Below are positions 34,764-44,401 of a stretch of DNA of 64,000 nucleotides, in pieces; the stretch's first letter is position 1, and the number at the start of each line of letters is the position of its first letter. The notes under the pieces were generated by a model that saw nothing but the letters and a program-made list of their open reading frames with translations, had not been told where the DNA came from and searched no databases. The DNA comes from a virus. Taxonomy: Duplodnaviria > Caudoviricetes. The DNA is taken from positions 52,827 through 116,826 of IMG/VR virus record IMGVR_UViG_3300046678_000067. One strand, written 5' to 3'. The position numbers and the translations under genes are program-made.

Positions 34764-35344
34764 GCCGGAGTTACGCCAGCCTCAGCATACGTTGGATTCC
34801 AACCCGATGCGGCATCGAACGTAGCCGGATCAGTAACTGCATTCAACGCCACACGCTTTGATTCTGCCGTAGCGAATAGAATAGCATCCAAGTCCTTAGT
34901 GGCCTGAACAACATCAAAGGCTAGTTGGACCGTCACTGGAACAAACGCCCCAGATAGAGTTTTCCATAGCAAATTTTGATTTTGGATCTGGATAGCGTCC
35001 GTCATCTTGCCGCCTGCCGCAAGCACATCGCGAGCAGAATCCTTAATACCAATCCATTGAATACGACTGGCGTCGTCGGTGTGGTACCAATTACCATCCA
35101 CCAATACTCCACCTGCCTTACGATTATCGCGTTGTACCTTAATATATTCCCACTTACGGTTACGCACCAAATCTACAGACATATTTGGATCTGGATCAGG
35201 AGTATTTCCAGCAGCAACCCAAGTTAGATACGTAGCATAATCTGTGTTGTTTGGGTCTAGTGGGATATATGTATTGTCTGAAGTTCGATTGATAGACAAT
35301 AGTGATCCATCAATCATACTTCTAGCTTCACGGTATAGTTGCAT
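34760..35344 (-). CDS. Tail fibre assembly/chaperone protein (DUF4376-like)
   Basis: IPLDPNNTDY..YL.WV.AGNTP; IK..RD.RK.GGV.V...WYHTD. Confidence 0.7.
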   Translation of the reverse strand: MQLYREARSMIDGSLLSINRTSDNTYIPLDPNNTDYATYLTWVAAGNTPDPDPNMSVDLVRNRKWEYIKVQRDNRKAGGVLVDGNWYHTDDASRIQWIGIKDSARDVLAAGGKMTDAIQIQNQNLLWKTLSGAFVPVTVQLAFDVVQATKDLDAILFATAESKRVALNAVTDPATFDAASGWNPTYAEAGVTPA

Positions 35345-35401
35345 TTTGTTCCTTCAAATAGTTACGCTTAATCTAATTTAACTAGCTAATATATGCCTGT
35401 A

Positions 35402-36574
35402 TTATAATTCAGAGATAATTTCGATATATGATCCTGACTGGTCTTCAAGTACTGCTGCCCCGCCAGACGCGCCGCTTGAACCATGGGTGACCGATGCCAA
35501 TACTTGACGAATAGTGCTTGTAGGCCAGCTTAGTGCTGTTACTGCAAGATTACCATTACCATTATATAGATAGAATGTGCCTACTGCAGAAGATGACACA
35601 GATGGGGCGGCTCGCTTGGGGATTTGGAACGTAATGTTCACATACGATAGGGTTGCACTGTTCTGTGATCCAACACCATAGTTACCGGTCGTTAGTCGTT
35701 CGTAATACCGCATACACTGATTCAGAACCATTGGGTATGTGAGACGTTCGAATGGAGTTGCAGTGCCAGTTTCGAACTGTAGTTCAGTCATAGCAATAGT
35801 ATTACCGTTCGTTGCTCCCCAATTAGTTACCCCCGACGCACTAATATAGTTACCGCTCACAAACTGGTTCAATGTGCTACCCATGAACGTACCTTGGTTC
35901 AGCGTTCCGATCCAAATGAACATACCAACACTATTATTGGCAAATGTATTCAGAGTCGTCGGCAATGCTGGGTAGTTCAAGATAATCTTAGTTGGCGTAT
36001 TGGCCGCTACAGTGAATGTCGTCAAATATGAGTTGGCTTGGTTACCATCTTGTAGGGATACCGAATATGTACCCGCCACACTAGCCTTGAAGATAAACGA
36101 GATTGCAACCGGCTGACCCAACATGTCGTAACAGTTGAAGCCTTCAATCTTCTGGACGAATCCAGAAAAATAGTTACCTGCCGTGTATGAAGCTACAGCA
36201 GTAGTGACAGTTTGTACAATAGCTTGCTTAACTACTCCGCCATAGGTGATAGTACCTGTAGACTGTGTGAACGCGCCAGCGCCGATTTCAGCGAACCAAT
36301 AACGGTCTGGGCCTCCATACAACCCAGAGCCGTTAATTGACGCCACCGAGGTTGCGCGTTGCACGACAGACATTGCTCCGTTGATGACTCGATTGCGACC
36401 CATATCAGTCACACCGCGAGTGTAGCCATCAGGCATCGTTAGTGTAGTACCGATTGACACTGAACCGTCAGGGTTGACGGTCAGGTTTCCATATAGCTTA
36501 GTTGGATCGGCGGTCGCAGGATTACCGAACAGGTCGATTAATCGGGCTTGTAGTTCTGTAGGTTGTGCTGGCAT
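35402..36574 (-). CDS. Tail fibre / receptor-binding protein
   Basis: Shared N-terminal anchor; GRNRVING...VVQR domain; ELQFETG..ATPFE..CMRYYE. Confidence 0.75.
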   Translation of the reverse strand: MPAQPTELQARLIDLFGNPATADPTKLYGNLTVNPDGSVSIGTTLTMPDGYTRGVTDMGRNRVINGAMSVVQRATSVASINGSGLYGGPDRYWFAEIGAGAFTQSTGTITYGGVVKQAIVQTVTTAVASYTAGNYFSGFVQKIEGFNCYDMLGQPVAISFIFKASVAGTYSVSLQDGNQANSYLTTFTVAANTPTKIILNYPALPTTLNTFANNSVGMFIWIGTLNQGTFMGSTLNQFVSGNYISASGVTNWGATNGNTIAMTELQFETGTATPFERLTYPMVLNQCMRYYERLTTGNYGVGSQNSATLSYVNITFQIPKRAAPSVSSSAVGTFYLYNGNGNLAVTALSWPTSTIRQVLASVTHGSSGASGGAAVLEDQSGSYIEIISEL

Positions 36575-37776
36575 TATTCCTTACCTTTCAATTGTTCTTT
36601 GAGTGACTTTACTTCTGCACTCAGTTGTTGGATAGCGTGCAGTGCCGTCATCAACATTTCGTGATGCTTCAGGAACCGAGCATCCTCAAATTCTCCGTTG
36701 TTGTGTTCAGATACCCATTGAGGGGCATACTGTTCCACCTGTTGAGCGATAACCCCAGCATTGATATGACCGCCTTTCTTATAGTCATACGATACGAATT
36801 CTGTCTGATCTATGATAGACAAAGAATCCTGTACAATCGGTTCGATGTTTTCCTTAATACGAACATCAGATGCGTTCTGGTGGATATAGGCAACGAACGT
36901 TGTATCGACCGTGATGTTGATGTTGGATTGTGAGCCGTCCCATTGGAACGTGAACGCATTCCCCGCTGCCTTGGCAGGAGTTGAGACGCCGCCCACTGAA
37001 CTAGCAGTAGCCGCGTTACCTGAACAACTACCTGCTGTTCCGGCACTATTTGCATAGTTGACAGAGAAGTTAGATGGGTTATACACATACATATTTGCCC
37101 CATCAGAACCGCCCCATACCCAAGGCGGTTGACCGCCTTGTCCCGCCCAGTTCCATGCGGTATCGCCACCTCCGCCCGTGCCTAGACGCAAGCGGTTAGC
37201 GGAATACGCAACACACGATGCGGCCATATTAGCTGTGTGGATCACATAGCCTCCAGCACCTCTATTGATATCAGTATTACCGAATGTCCAGGCGCTAGTT
37301 TGGTTAGCCACGTGCATGACGATGGACGGCTGAGTCGAACCGCTACCGCCTTCATATGCGTCGATAGCCGCAAGATGGCGACCTCCCCAACGGGTCCATC
37401 GGATACCACCATATGCCGCAGTAAATGCAGGCGCATCTACTTGGATTGGATATCCACGGTTTGCTTGATTGTTCCAATCAACAAACGAGCCACCTAGGTC
37501 GAAGGTTGTGCGTAATACTCCAAAGTTGGCTATCGGACTGGCGCTGGATACAATCGAACCTCCAACCGTATTCAGACCAGTTGTAGTTAGCGCGCCAGTA
37601 ATCTTGGTGGGTCCTGTCACCTGTAGCTTATTTGTCGCATCATCCGTGCTGGTGCCAACCAATACATTACCATTAGATGATACACCAAGATTACCCAGCA
37701 GCTTCGCCGGGTTAGCCGTTGCTGGTGATCCAAATAGATCAACCAATCTTGCAGTTAGTTGAGAAATACTAGCCAT
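36574..37776 (-). CDS. Tail fibre with C-terminal intramolecular chaperone (peptidase S74)
   Basis: SDVRIKENI...GVIAQQV...AIQQL. Confidence 0.85.
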   Translation of the reverse strand: MASISQLTARLVDLFGSPATANPAKLLGNLGVSSNGNVLVGTSTDDATNKLQVTGPTKITGALTTTGLNTVGGSIVSSASPIANFGVLRTTFDLGGSFVDWNNQANRGYPIQVDAPAFTAAYGGIRWTRWGGRHLAAIDAYEGGSGSTQPSIVMHVANQTSAWTFGNTDINRGAGGYVIHTANMAASCVAYSANRLRLGTGGGGDTAWNWAGQGGQPPWVWGGSDGANMYVYNPSNFSVNYANSAGTAGSCSGNAATASSVGGVSTPAKAAGNAFTFQWDGSQSNINITVDTTFVAYIHQNASDVRIKENIEPIVQDSLSIIDQTEFVSYDYKKGGHINAGVIAQQVEQYAPQWVSEHNNGEFEDARFLKHHEMLMTALHAIQQLSAEVKSLKEQLKGKE

Positions 37777-38939
37777 TATTTATTCACCTTTAATTCTTCT
37801 AGTTCAGACTTAACCAAATCTAATTCACGCTTCAGTTCCTGTATCGCAGACACCAGATATGGAACCATACCGATATAGTTGACAGACTGTAGGTCAGGGA
37901 CTACAACATCTTGTTCAACTGGCGGGACATACCCTTCAGGCTCTTCACCGGGCCTGTATGGAGTTTTATCTCCCACAAGTTGCTTGACCGTCTTGACTGC
38001 ATCCTTCTCGCCAGTCACCAGTAACGGGAACACTTCCTGAATCTCATGTGCAATGAAACCGATATGTTCTTCTCCGTCAGCGTGTTCATCTGTTCGGTCA
38101 TAAGTCACCGGACGCAATGCGAGGACGCCCGTCAGAGCATCTTGCGATTTAATAGTCGCCACATTTGTCTTAATTCGATAGTCCGAATTTTGCGCTAGTG
38201 CACCAGAGAATTGAGCGTTTCCGTTGTCATAGAAATAGAACTGTGGGGAGGAAACGCTATTCAATATAAGCGCAATTGAACATACTGAGGATGTGGTACC
38301 ACCTTCATAAGCGGCAATGGCCGCGACGTGGCGAGCGCCCCAATGCGTCCATCGCATTCCAACATAGGCAGCAGCAGCATTCGGAGAATCGTGTTGAACC
38401 GCCACCGCGCCTGTGCCATACCAGCTGGCCCAACCCATCCCCAAATCCTGAGTTACGTGGAATGCACCACTCGCACTCAGTGCATTGGTAGAGTTGGCGA
38501 CAAAGTTATATGCGCCAGTACCGCAAGTGATCGTCCCACCACTCGTCAGGTTGCCACCAGCGTTGGTATTTGCGCCATCACCAGCAATAGTCACTGCACC
38601 AGTACTAAGATTCCATTGAAACGGACGAAGCGCATTATATGTGCCATACGGTGTTCCAGATGCCGTGGACAGAAAGTAGCAGGATGATCCATCCTGCCGA
38701 ATCATGACACCATAGTTGCCCGCCACCACTCTCATGTTTGCGCCAGTGGTATCATAACCATTCAAGGATAGCCCGCTATTGACCTGAAGCTTGGCGCTAG
38801 TATTATCCGTAGAACTACCCACCAACACGTTACCGTTGGGCGATACCTGAAGGTTATTCAGCAGTTTCGCGGGATTTGCCGTGCTTGGTGAACCGAATAG
38901 GTCCACCAGCCGTGCTGTAAGTTGAGAAATTGTTGCCAT
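37776..38939 (-). CDS. Tail fibre with C-terminal intramolecular chaperone (peptidase S74)
   Basis: SDYRIKTNV...GFIAHEIQ...AIQEL. Confidence 0.85.
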   Translation of the reverse strand: MATISQLTARLVDLFGSPSTANPAKLLNNLQVSPNGNVLVGSSTDNTSAKLQVNSGLSLNGYDTTGANMRVVAGNYGVMIRQDGSSCYFLSTASGTPYGTYNALRPFQWNLSTGAVTIAGDGANTNAGGNLTSGGTITCGTGAYNFVANSTNALSASGAFHVTQDLGMGWASWYGTGAVAVQHDSPNAAAAYVGMRWTHWGARHVAAIAAYEGGTTSSVCSIALILNSVSSPQFYFYDNGNAQFSGALAQNSDYRIKTNVATIKSQDALTGVLALRPVTYDRTDEHADGEEHIGFIAHEIQEVFPLLVTGEKDAVKTVKQLVGDKTPYRPGEEPEGYVPPVEQDVVVPDLQSVNYIGMVPYLVSAIQELKRELDLVKSELEELKVNK

Positions 38940-38950
38940 ACACTAATCCT

Positions 38951-41900
38951 TTATAGTTCGGCTGAGAACGCCATATATGCCGGAGAGCCGCCAATAATTC
39001 GGCCGCAAGTCCCAGCTGCGCCACCGCCAGTACCAGTCAAGTTTATCATCACCACATTTGGCGTAATGCGGTCAATAGATAATGCTTGGCCAGCAGTCGG
39101 ACAGTTTTCATATGTGTTACCAGTCAATGAATAGTTCAATGATGGACCCACACGTTTCTGCGTATTGAAAGGCACGTTAAACAAAGATACTGTTGTAGTC
39201 TGGTTATAGGTAACGAAACCACCAAACGGCACAACTTCATAGTACCGTTGACATTGTGCAAATTCAGTTTGCGGATGAATCTGTTCGAATGGCGTACAAG
39301 ACTTACCAGGCTCCAACTGTAGTTCAGTCAACGCGATGAAGTTACCGTTGGTCGTAGCCCAGTTAGTAGCACCGGAGGCGGAAATCAGGTTACCAGTCTG
39401 CCAAGCGTTTAGTGTAGCGGTCTGATAAGACGGACCTGTGATCGAACCAATAGACAGCAACAACCCCAATGCATTAGTGTTAGGAATACCAAGCGATGAT
39501 GGGAACGGAATCGCCGGAATCGTCACACGAGTTGGAGTGTTTGCCGTCGCGCTGAACGTGGTCACATAACTGTTACCGCCCACAGGTTCAAACAACTGGA
39601 TAGAGAACGTACCAGTGACGTTTGTATTCCAGATGAAAGACAGCGACCCGTAACCGTTCAAGAAGTCGTGTACTTGCTGACCCTCAAGACGGGTTTGAAT
39701 ACCAAGCCATAGGTTAGTCGTTGTGAATGCAGCCCCGGTCGTGGTTACCGTCTGAACGACAGCCTTACGCAAGTTACTGTTATAGGTGATTGAACCCGAG
39801 GTTTGTGTGAATACACCACCAGCCGTGTTGTTCGTAGTGAACATATCAACACCACTATACCCAGATACGCCATTACCATACGAACCCGCGCCGCGTTGTG
39901 TGACGCGGCATGAACCGTTAGTAATACGGTTACGACCAGATTGAGTCTGCGTCTGAGTAAAGCCGTCAGGCATAACCAAGCCCTGAGATAGCGTAACCAA
40001 GCCAGTGTTACGATAGATATACAAAGGATTATCAATTACCGTACCATTGTCTGCATAGCGGCTGACGAACCAGTTGGCGCCCACATTAGAACCAGGTTCC
40101 GCGCCGTTATCTACACCTTCAACCCAACGAGTAGAACCCGATGTCTGGTACACCGTATCGCGGTAGTAGCCAGCATTGGTATTCATATAGTTAGTGCTAT
40201 CCGCCGCGCCAGTTGACTGAGTGATACCGCCAGTCATCGTACCGCCAGTTAACGGCAACATACCGTTGGCAGCAAACGCGGTAAACGTCACTACTTCATA
40301 AACGTCGGTGGCGCTATCAGAAACGTTGGTCAACGTGATAGACGTACCGTTGGTTGCAGTATAGTCCGCAGGCAACAACTTCAAGTTGTTCTTGAACACC
40401 CACAAACAACTAACGTTGTAGTTGACAGTCATTACTGATTGACCAACACCAAGCGTAAAGGTCTTACTAACAGGAGCAAATACCGCCGATGGGCTATATA
40501 CAACTGAAGTCAATACTTCATAGCGGTCACGACCAGTAGCTGCCGTTGTTAGCTGAACCGTTACGCCATCCGTTGCAGTAAAGTCAATCGTCGGGATCAA
40601 ACGCAGGTTATTCTTGAATACTTGTACAAACCCTAAGTTATAACCACCAGTCGTGATAGACGTTGCAGCTGCCGCAGGCGTATACACAACGCTGTTAGGT
40701 GCCGTTACGCCGTTGGCCGTAGTCTGAGTAGTACCGTCAGGGAAAACAAACCCGCCAGTCAGAGACTTAATCGTACCGTTGACCTGTAGCTTATCAACTC
40801 CGTTATCCGTGTTGGTGCCAACTACAACATTACCGCCCGTTGGCATCAACTGAAGGTAAGATAGGTTAAAGCTAGTTGAACGGTAGACTGCCAACGCATA
40901 TTGTGCCGCGCTATATGCATCGTTTACTGTACGTACCCCAAAAGATCCATCGCTTCCTTGTAGGAGTTCCCAGGACTTCTGGTCTGTTGGTCCACCAACT
41001 CTAGTCAGCTTAACTGATGTCTGACCAGCGCCGGTGCCGTTAGTTGCAACAAGAGCACCATTGGCTGAAGTACCAGTTACCGCGCCACCTGCCGTAAATG
41101 TGCCAGAGACAGAACCTGTACCAGTAACTTGTAGCTTATCAATACCGTTGTCCGTAGCTCCACCAAACAATGCCACCGGAGCAGAAACGCTAGTTTTGAA
41201 AGACGGGGTATAGGGGTTGCTATACCAAGACGTCAACCACTTGCTAACGTTATCTGAAGTCAGGAAATAACCATCGTTCGGCAACATCGTCAACGGTAAC
41301 GCAACTTCGCCAGTATCAGATCCAGAGCCGTTCTTGACTACAGTGATATTTCCGTTAGAAAGGTTGTGAATAAACACGCCCGCGCCTGCCGGATAACCGT
41401 TGGCCAAAGGTAGAGTGATCGTTACGCCAGCGGTCGTCACAACAACGATAGAACCAAGATAGCTCAAATCTAGCGCAGTGCTAGACGTAATATTGAACTG
41501 CTTGGCAAACTGAACGCCAGTAGTTGAAGACGTAGCATAAACGCCAGTCGTATCACAATACAACGAGTTAGCCTTATTCTGCACGACTTGAACGCTAGGA
41601 GTCATACCCGCAGACTTAATCGTCAACGTGTAAGAACCCGTAGTGTTGTTAGCGGCAATAAATGCGTGAGCTGTATTCGGAACTGTAACCGTAGTATTAC
41701 CAGTCAATGCTCCAGTGAACACGATCATCGAGTTTGAATATTCCGCCGCCGTTAGTGTCACGGCAGTGGAGGTCAAATTCTTAGTGATGATAGACGTAGA
41801 GCCAGACGCTGCGATAGCCGCATTAACCCAAGACGTGTTAGGAATAACGCTGCTGTTATCGTTTGCTGCCGGAGTCGGAACCGTAGGAGCGCCAGTGAAT

Positions 41901-43522
41901 ACCGGTGAGGCCAAACCTGCTGCCTTATTCGGCGTGATCGGGCCAGTCTTAACCGTATCAAAAGTAGTGACGTAAGAAACCGCCCAACCGCTCAACCAAG
42001 ATGCAGACAACCCAGTATTGCCTAGAGTTACGTTGGTGATCTGGATCTGAGGTGTAGTCCAAACATCGGCTAGTTCACCAACCCAAACGCAACACGTAGT
42101 ACCGTCATTACCGAATCTAACGTTGGGGATTCGACTAGCAACACCGCCTGCTACATATGCAGTAACGAATTGCCAAGTGCTATCGCCACGGTTCATACCG
42201 CTTACACGTAGACGCAAAGCTGAGTCGGTAGTCGCTTCATTAAGGTTTACATCAAAGCTAATCTGAGTACCAGTGTAGGCGACAGGCAGCTTGATCTTGA
42301 CCGAACCCGTAACGGATGCAGCCGATGTAGTGTAGTTCCCGTTAGATGGGAAAGGAACGCAAGCAAAATCGCCGGTGCTCAACCCGCCACCAGTTACAGT
42401 CATATTTCCGGTGAAAGCCGGATTTGCGATGTTAGCCTTTAGAGCCGCGATAGCATCTGCGTAAGCCGTGGACGCAGCCTGCGTAGAGTTAGTATTAGGC
42501 GCTGCGGTCGGGACCGTAGGAACGCCCGTAAACGCGGGAGAATCGGTGAAGGCTACTTCTCTCCAGGCGGTCCAGGCGGTAGTCGTCCATGCACGCGACC
42601 ACATTCTAGAAGTGGTGTTGTCCATATACAACTGGTGCGCGGTAAGGCCAGCAGCTTCACGACCAACCAATAGGTGACCATAGGTATCGCCTGGAGGCAT
42701 AGTACCAGTGTTCGTTGAGGTCACATAATATAGACCAGTCGGAATCGTGGAGTCATCAATAGTTGCAGTAGTGGCGCCAGGAATCGGAGCTGAAGTTCCG
42801 CCAATACCAGCGGCCGCCAACGCGGCTTTAACATAAGCCGTGTTTGCAATTAGAGTAGAGTTATCGCCAAATGTCGCAGTCGGTGCCGTTGGAGTGCCGG
42901 TCAAAGCTGGAGAGATAAGCGGTGCTCTAGTTGTATCAATCGGGTGAACGTGATCCTGTCTAGACCAACGAGTGCTAGTACCGGCTGAAGCCACACCTGC
43001 CATTAGAGGCGCGTTGTCACCCGCCTGCGCTAGCACGAATGCTGCGGTGGCGATCTGAGTTGTATTCGTATCCAAACCTGGGGTCGGAGACGTAGGAATA
43101 CCAGACAAGGCGGGCGAAGCTAGAGTTGCGTACAACTGATTCTTGACGTATTGAGTCGTTGCTACCAACGAGCTAGAGTCAGCAGTTGCAGGCGTAGGCG
43201 CAGTTGGAGTACCAGTTAGAGCCGGGGATGCCAACGGAGCCTTTAGCGCCAACTGGTTGGTCATCGTCGTAGCAAAGTTAGGGTCATCACCCAATGCAGT
43301 AGCAAGCTCATTCAAGGTATTGAGCGTGCCTGGTGCCGAAGCAACTAGATTTGCAATAGCTGTCTGAACGAACTGAGTCGTAGCAGCTTTGTTGGAATTC
43401 TCTGAAGCAGCTTGAGTCGGGACCGTGATGACGCCAGTAACATCCAAGTTACCAGTTAGGGAAGTATCACCTAGTACATCCAAGCCCTTCTTAACTCTGA
43501 AGCGATTATTAATTTCAGCCAT
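38951..43522 (-). CDS. Long tail fibre / RBP hub protein
   Basis: APGTLNTLNELATALGDDPNFATT; repeated SPALTGTPTAPT units; C-terminal domain paralogous to 35402-36574. Confidence 0.85.
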   Translation of the reverse strand: MAEINNRFRVKKGLDVLGDTSLTGNLDVTGVITVPTQAASENSNKAATTQFVQTAIANLVASAPGTLNTLNELATALGDDPNFATTMTNQLALKAPLASPALTGTPTAPTPATADSSSLVATTQYVKNQLYATLASPALSGIPTSPTPGLDTNTTQIATAAFVLAQAGDNAPLMAGVASAGTSTRWSRQDHVHPIDTTRAPLISPALTGTPTAPTATFGDNSTLIANTAYVKAALAAAGIGGTSAPIPGATTATIDDSTIPTGLYYVTSTNTGTMPPGDTYGHLLVGREAAGLTAHQLYMDNTTSRMWSRAWTTTAWTAWREVAFTDSPAFTGVPTVPTAAPNTNSTQAASTAYADAIAALKANIANPAFTGNMTVTGGGLSTGDFACVPFPSNGNYTTSAASVTGSVKIKLPVAYTGTQISFDVNLNEATTDSALRLRVSGMNRGDSTWQFVTAYVAGGVASRIPNVRFGNDGTTCCVWVGELADVWTTPQIQITNVTLGNTGLSASWLSGWAVSYVTTFDTVKTGPITPNKAAGLASPVFTGAPTVPTPAANDNSSVIPNTSWVNAAIAASGSTSIITKNLTSTAVTLTAAEYSNSMIVFTGALTGNTTVTVPNTAHAFIAANNTTGSYTLTIKSAGMTPSVQVVQNKANSLYCDTTGVYATSSTTGVQFAKQFNITSSTALDLSYLGSIVVVTTAGVTITLPLANGYPAGAGVFIHNLSNGNITVVKNGSGSDTGEVALPLTMLPNDGYFLTSDNVSKWLTSWYSNPYTPSFKTSVSAPVALFGGATDNGIDKLQVTGTGSVSGTFTAGGAVTGTSANGALVATNGTGAGQTSVKLTRVGGPTDQKSWELLQGSDGSFGVRTVNDAYSAAQYALAVYRSTSFNLSYLQLMPTGGNVVVGTNTDNGVDKLQVNGTIKSLTGGFVFPDGTTQTTANGVTAPNSVVYTPAAAATSITTGGYNLGFVQVFKNNLRLIPTIDFTATDGVTVQLTTAATGRDRYEVLTSVVYSPSAVFAPVSKTFTLGVGQSVMTVNYNVSCLWVFKNNLKLLPADYTATNGTSITLTNVSDSATDVYEVVTFTAFAANGMLPLTGGTMTGGITQSTGAADSTNYMNTNAGYYRDTVYQTSGSTRWVEGVDNGAEPGSNVGANWFVSRYADNGTVIDNPLYIYRNTGLVTLSQGLVMPDGFTQTQTQSGRNRITNGSCRVTQRGAGSYGNGVSGYSGVDMFTTNNTAGGVFTQTSGSITYNSNLRKAVVQTVTTTGAAFTTTNLWLGIQTRLEGQQVHDFLNGYGSLSFIWNTNVTGTFSIQLFEPVGGNSYVTTFSATANTPTRVTIPAIPFPSSLGIPNTNALGLLLSIGSITGPSYQTATLNAWQTGNLISASGATNWATTNGNFIALTELQLEPGKSCTPFEQIHPQTEFAQCQRYYEVVPFGGFVTYNQTTTVSLFNVPFNTQKRVGPSLNYSLTGNTYENCPTAGQALSIDRITPNVVMINLTGTGGGAAGTCGRIIGGSPAYMAFSAEL

Positions 43523-43597
43523 ATTTTACTCTCATTTCATTTTCCATGAGTTAATAGAATTAAAGGCGTTCCAATAAAGGAACGCCTCATCTAGTAT

Positions 43598-44401
43598 TTA
43601 AACGGTTTGTCTTAGTGCAACTCTGAAACCACTAGGATGAATCAACTTCTTATATATTGTATCGAAGATGTCTTGATATGTCGATGGAGGGTTAGCTACA
43701 TTGATCATATAAGAATATTCCTGATATAGCTCATCATCCCGGATAACCTGAGGGCCATCAACGATCATGTTGTCATCGATGACCCCTACAAGCGGCTTTG
43801 GATAGAACAAAGTCACTTGTTCATCAAAATACAGATCGAAGAACAGCTTGATGGAAGCCTCAGTTCCTTTGATGGCATAGATATGCTTCAATAGGGATAG
43901 CATCAGGACTTGGTCAACGCTATTCAACGCCTTGATTCTTGCCCTTTCTACTCGATCAAATCCCATCGAGTTAAACCAGCCGTCAAGAATGGCGTCTTCA
44001 ACTACGCTCAACTCAACGTCAGTATCATTGACGTCGTTGAAGACCATATCATCAGCGGTCAGGAACCCGTTGAAGTCATCTTCCAGATTGTAATTATCTG
44101 GAAGCATCTTGGCTTGAATACCGGGACTTTCCGCCGCGTTGATATCAATGATTGCTGTATCAAGGACATTGACGTCAGTAACCTGATCCATATATCTCAA
44201 CTTGCCGGTGGCGATGAACTTATCAAGATCATTCACCAACCAGGTTGTATCATTACGCAGATCGGTTACTTCGCCGTCAGATAGTCCTGACGTGCGATAC
44301 AACCAATTGTAATACTTCTCAAGAAACGTAATGAATCGAGGATAATATTGCTGATAATGCTTAGGCAATAAATCCTTGATTCTCGGATCGTATATCATCA
44401 T
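43598..44401 (-). CDS. Baseplate wedge subunit (gp7-like)
   Basis: FITFLEKYY, YAIKGT..SIKLFF, YQEYSY, LIHPSGF. Confidence 0.75.
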   Translation of the reverse strand: MMIYDPRIKDLLPKHYQQYYPRFITFLEKYYNWLYRTSGLSDGEVTDLRNDTTWLVNDLDKFIATGKLRYMDQVTDVNVLDTAIIDINAAESPGIQAKMLPDNYNLEDDFNGFLTADDMVFNDVNDTDVELSVVEDAILDGWFNSMGFDRVERARIKALNSVDQVLMLSLLKHIYAIKGTEASIKLFFDLYFDEQVTLFYPKPLVGVIDDNMIVDGPQVIRDDELYQEYSYMINVANPPSTYQDIFDTIYKKLIHPSGFRVALRQTV

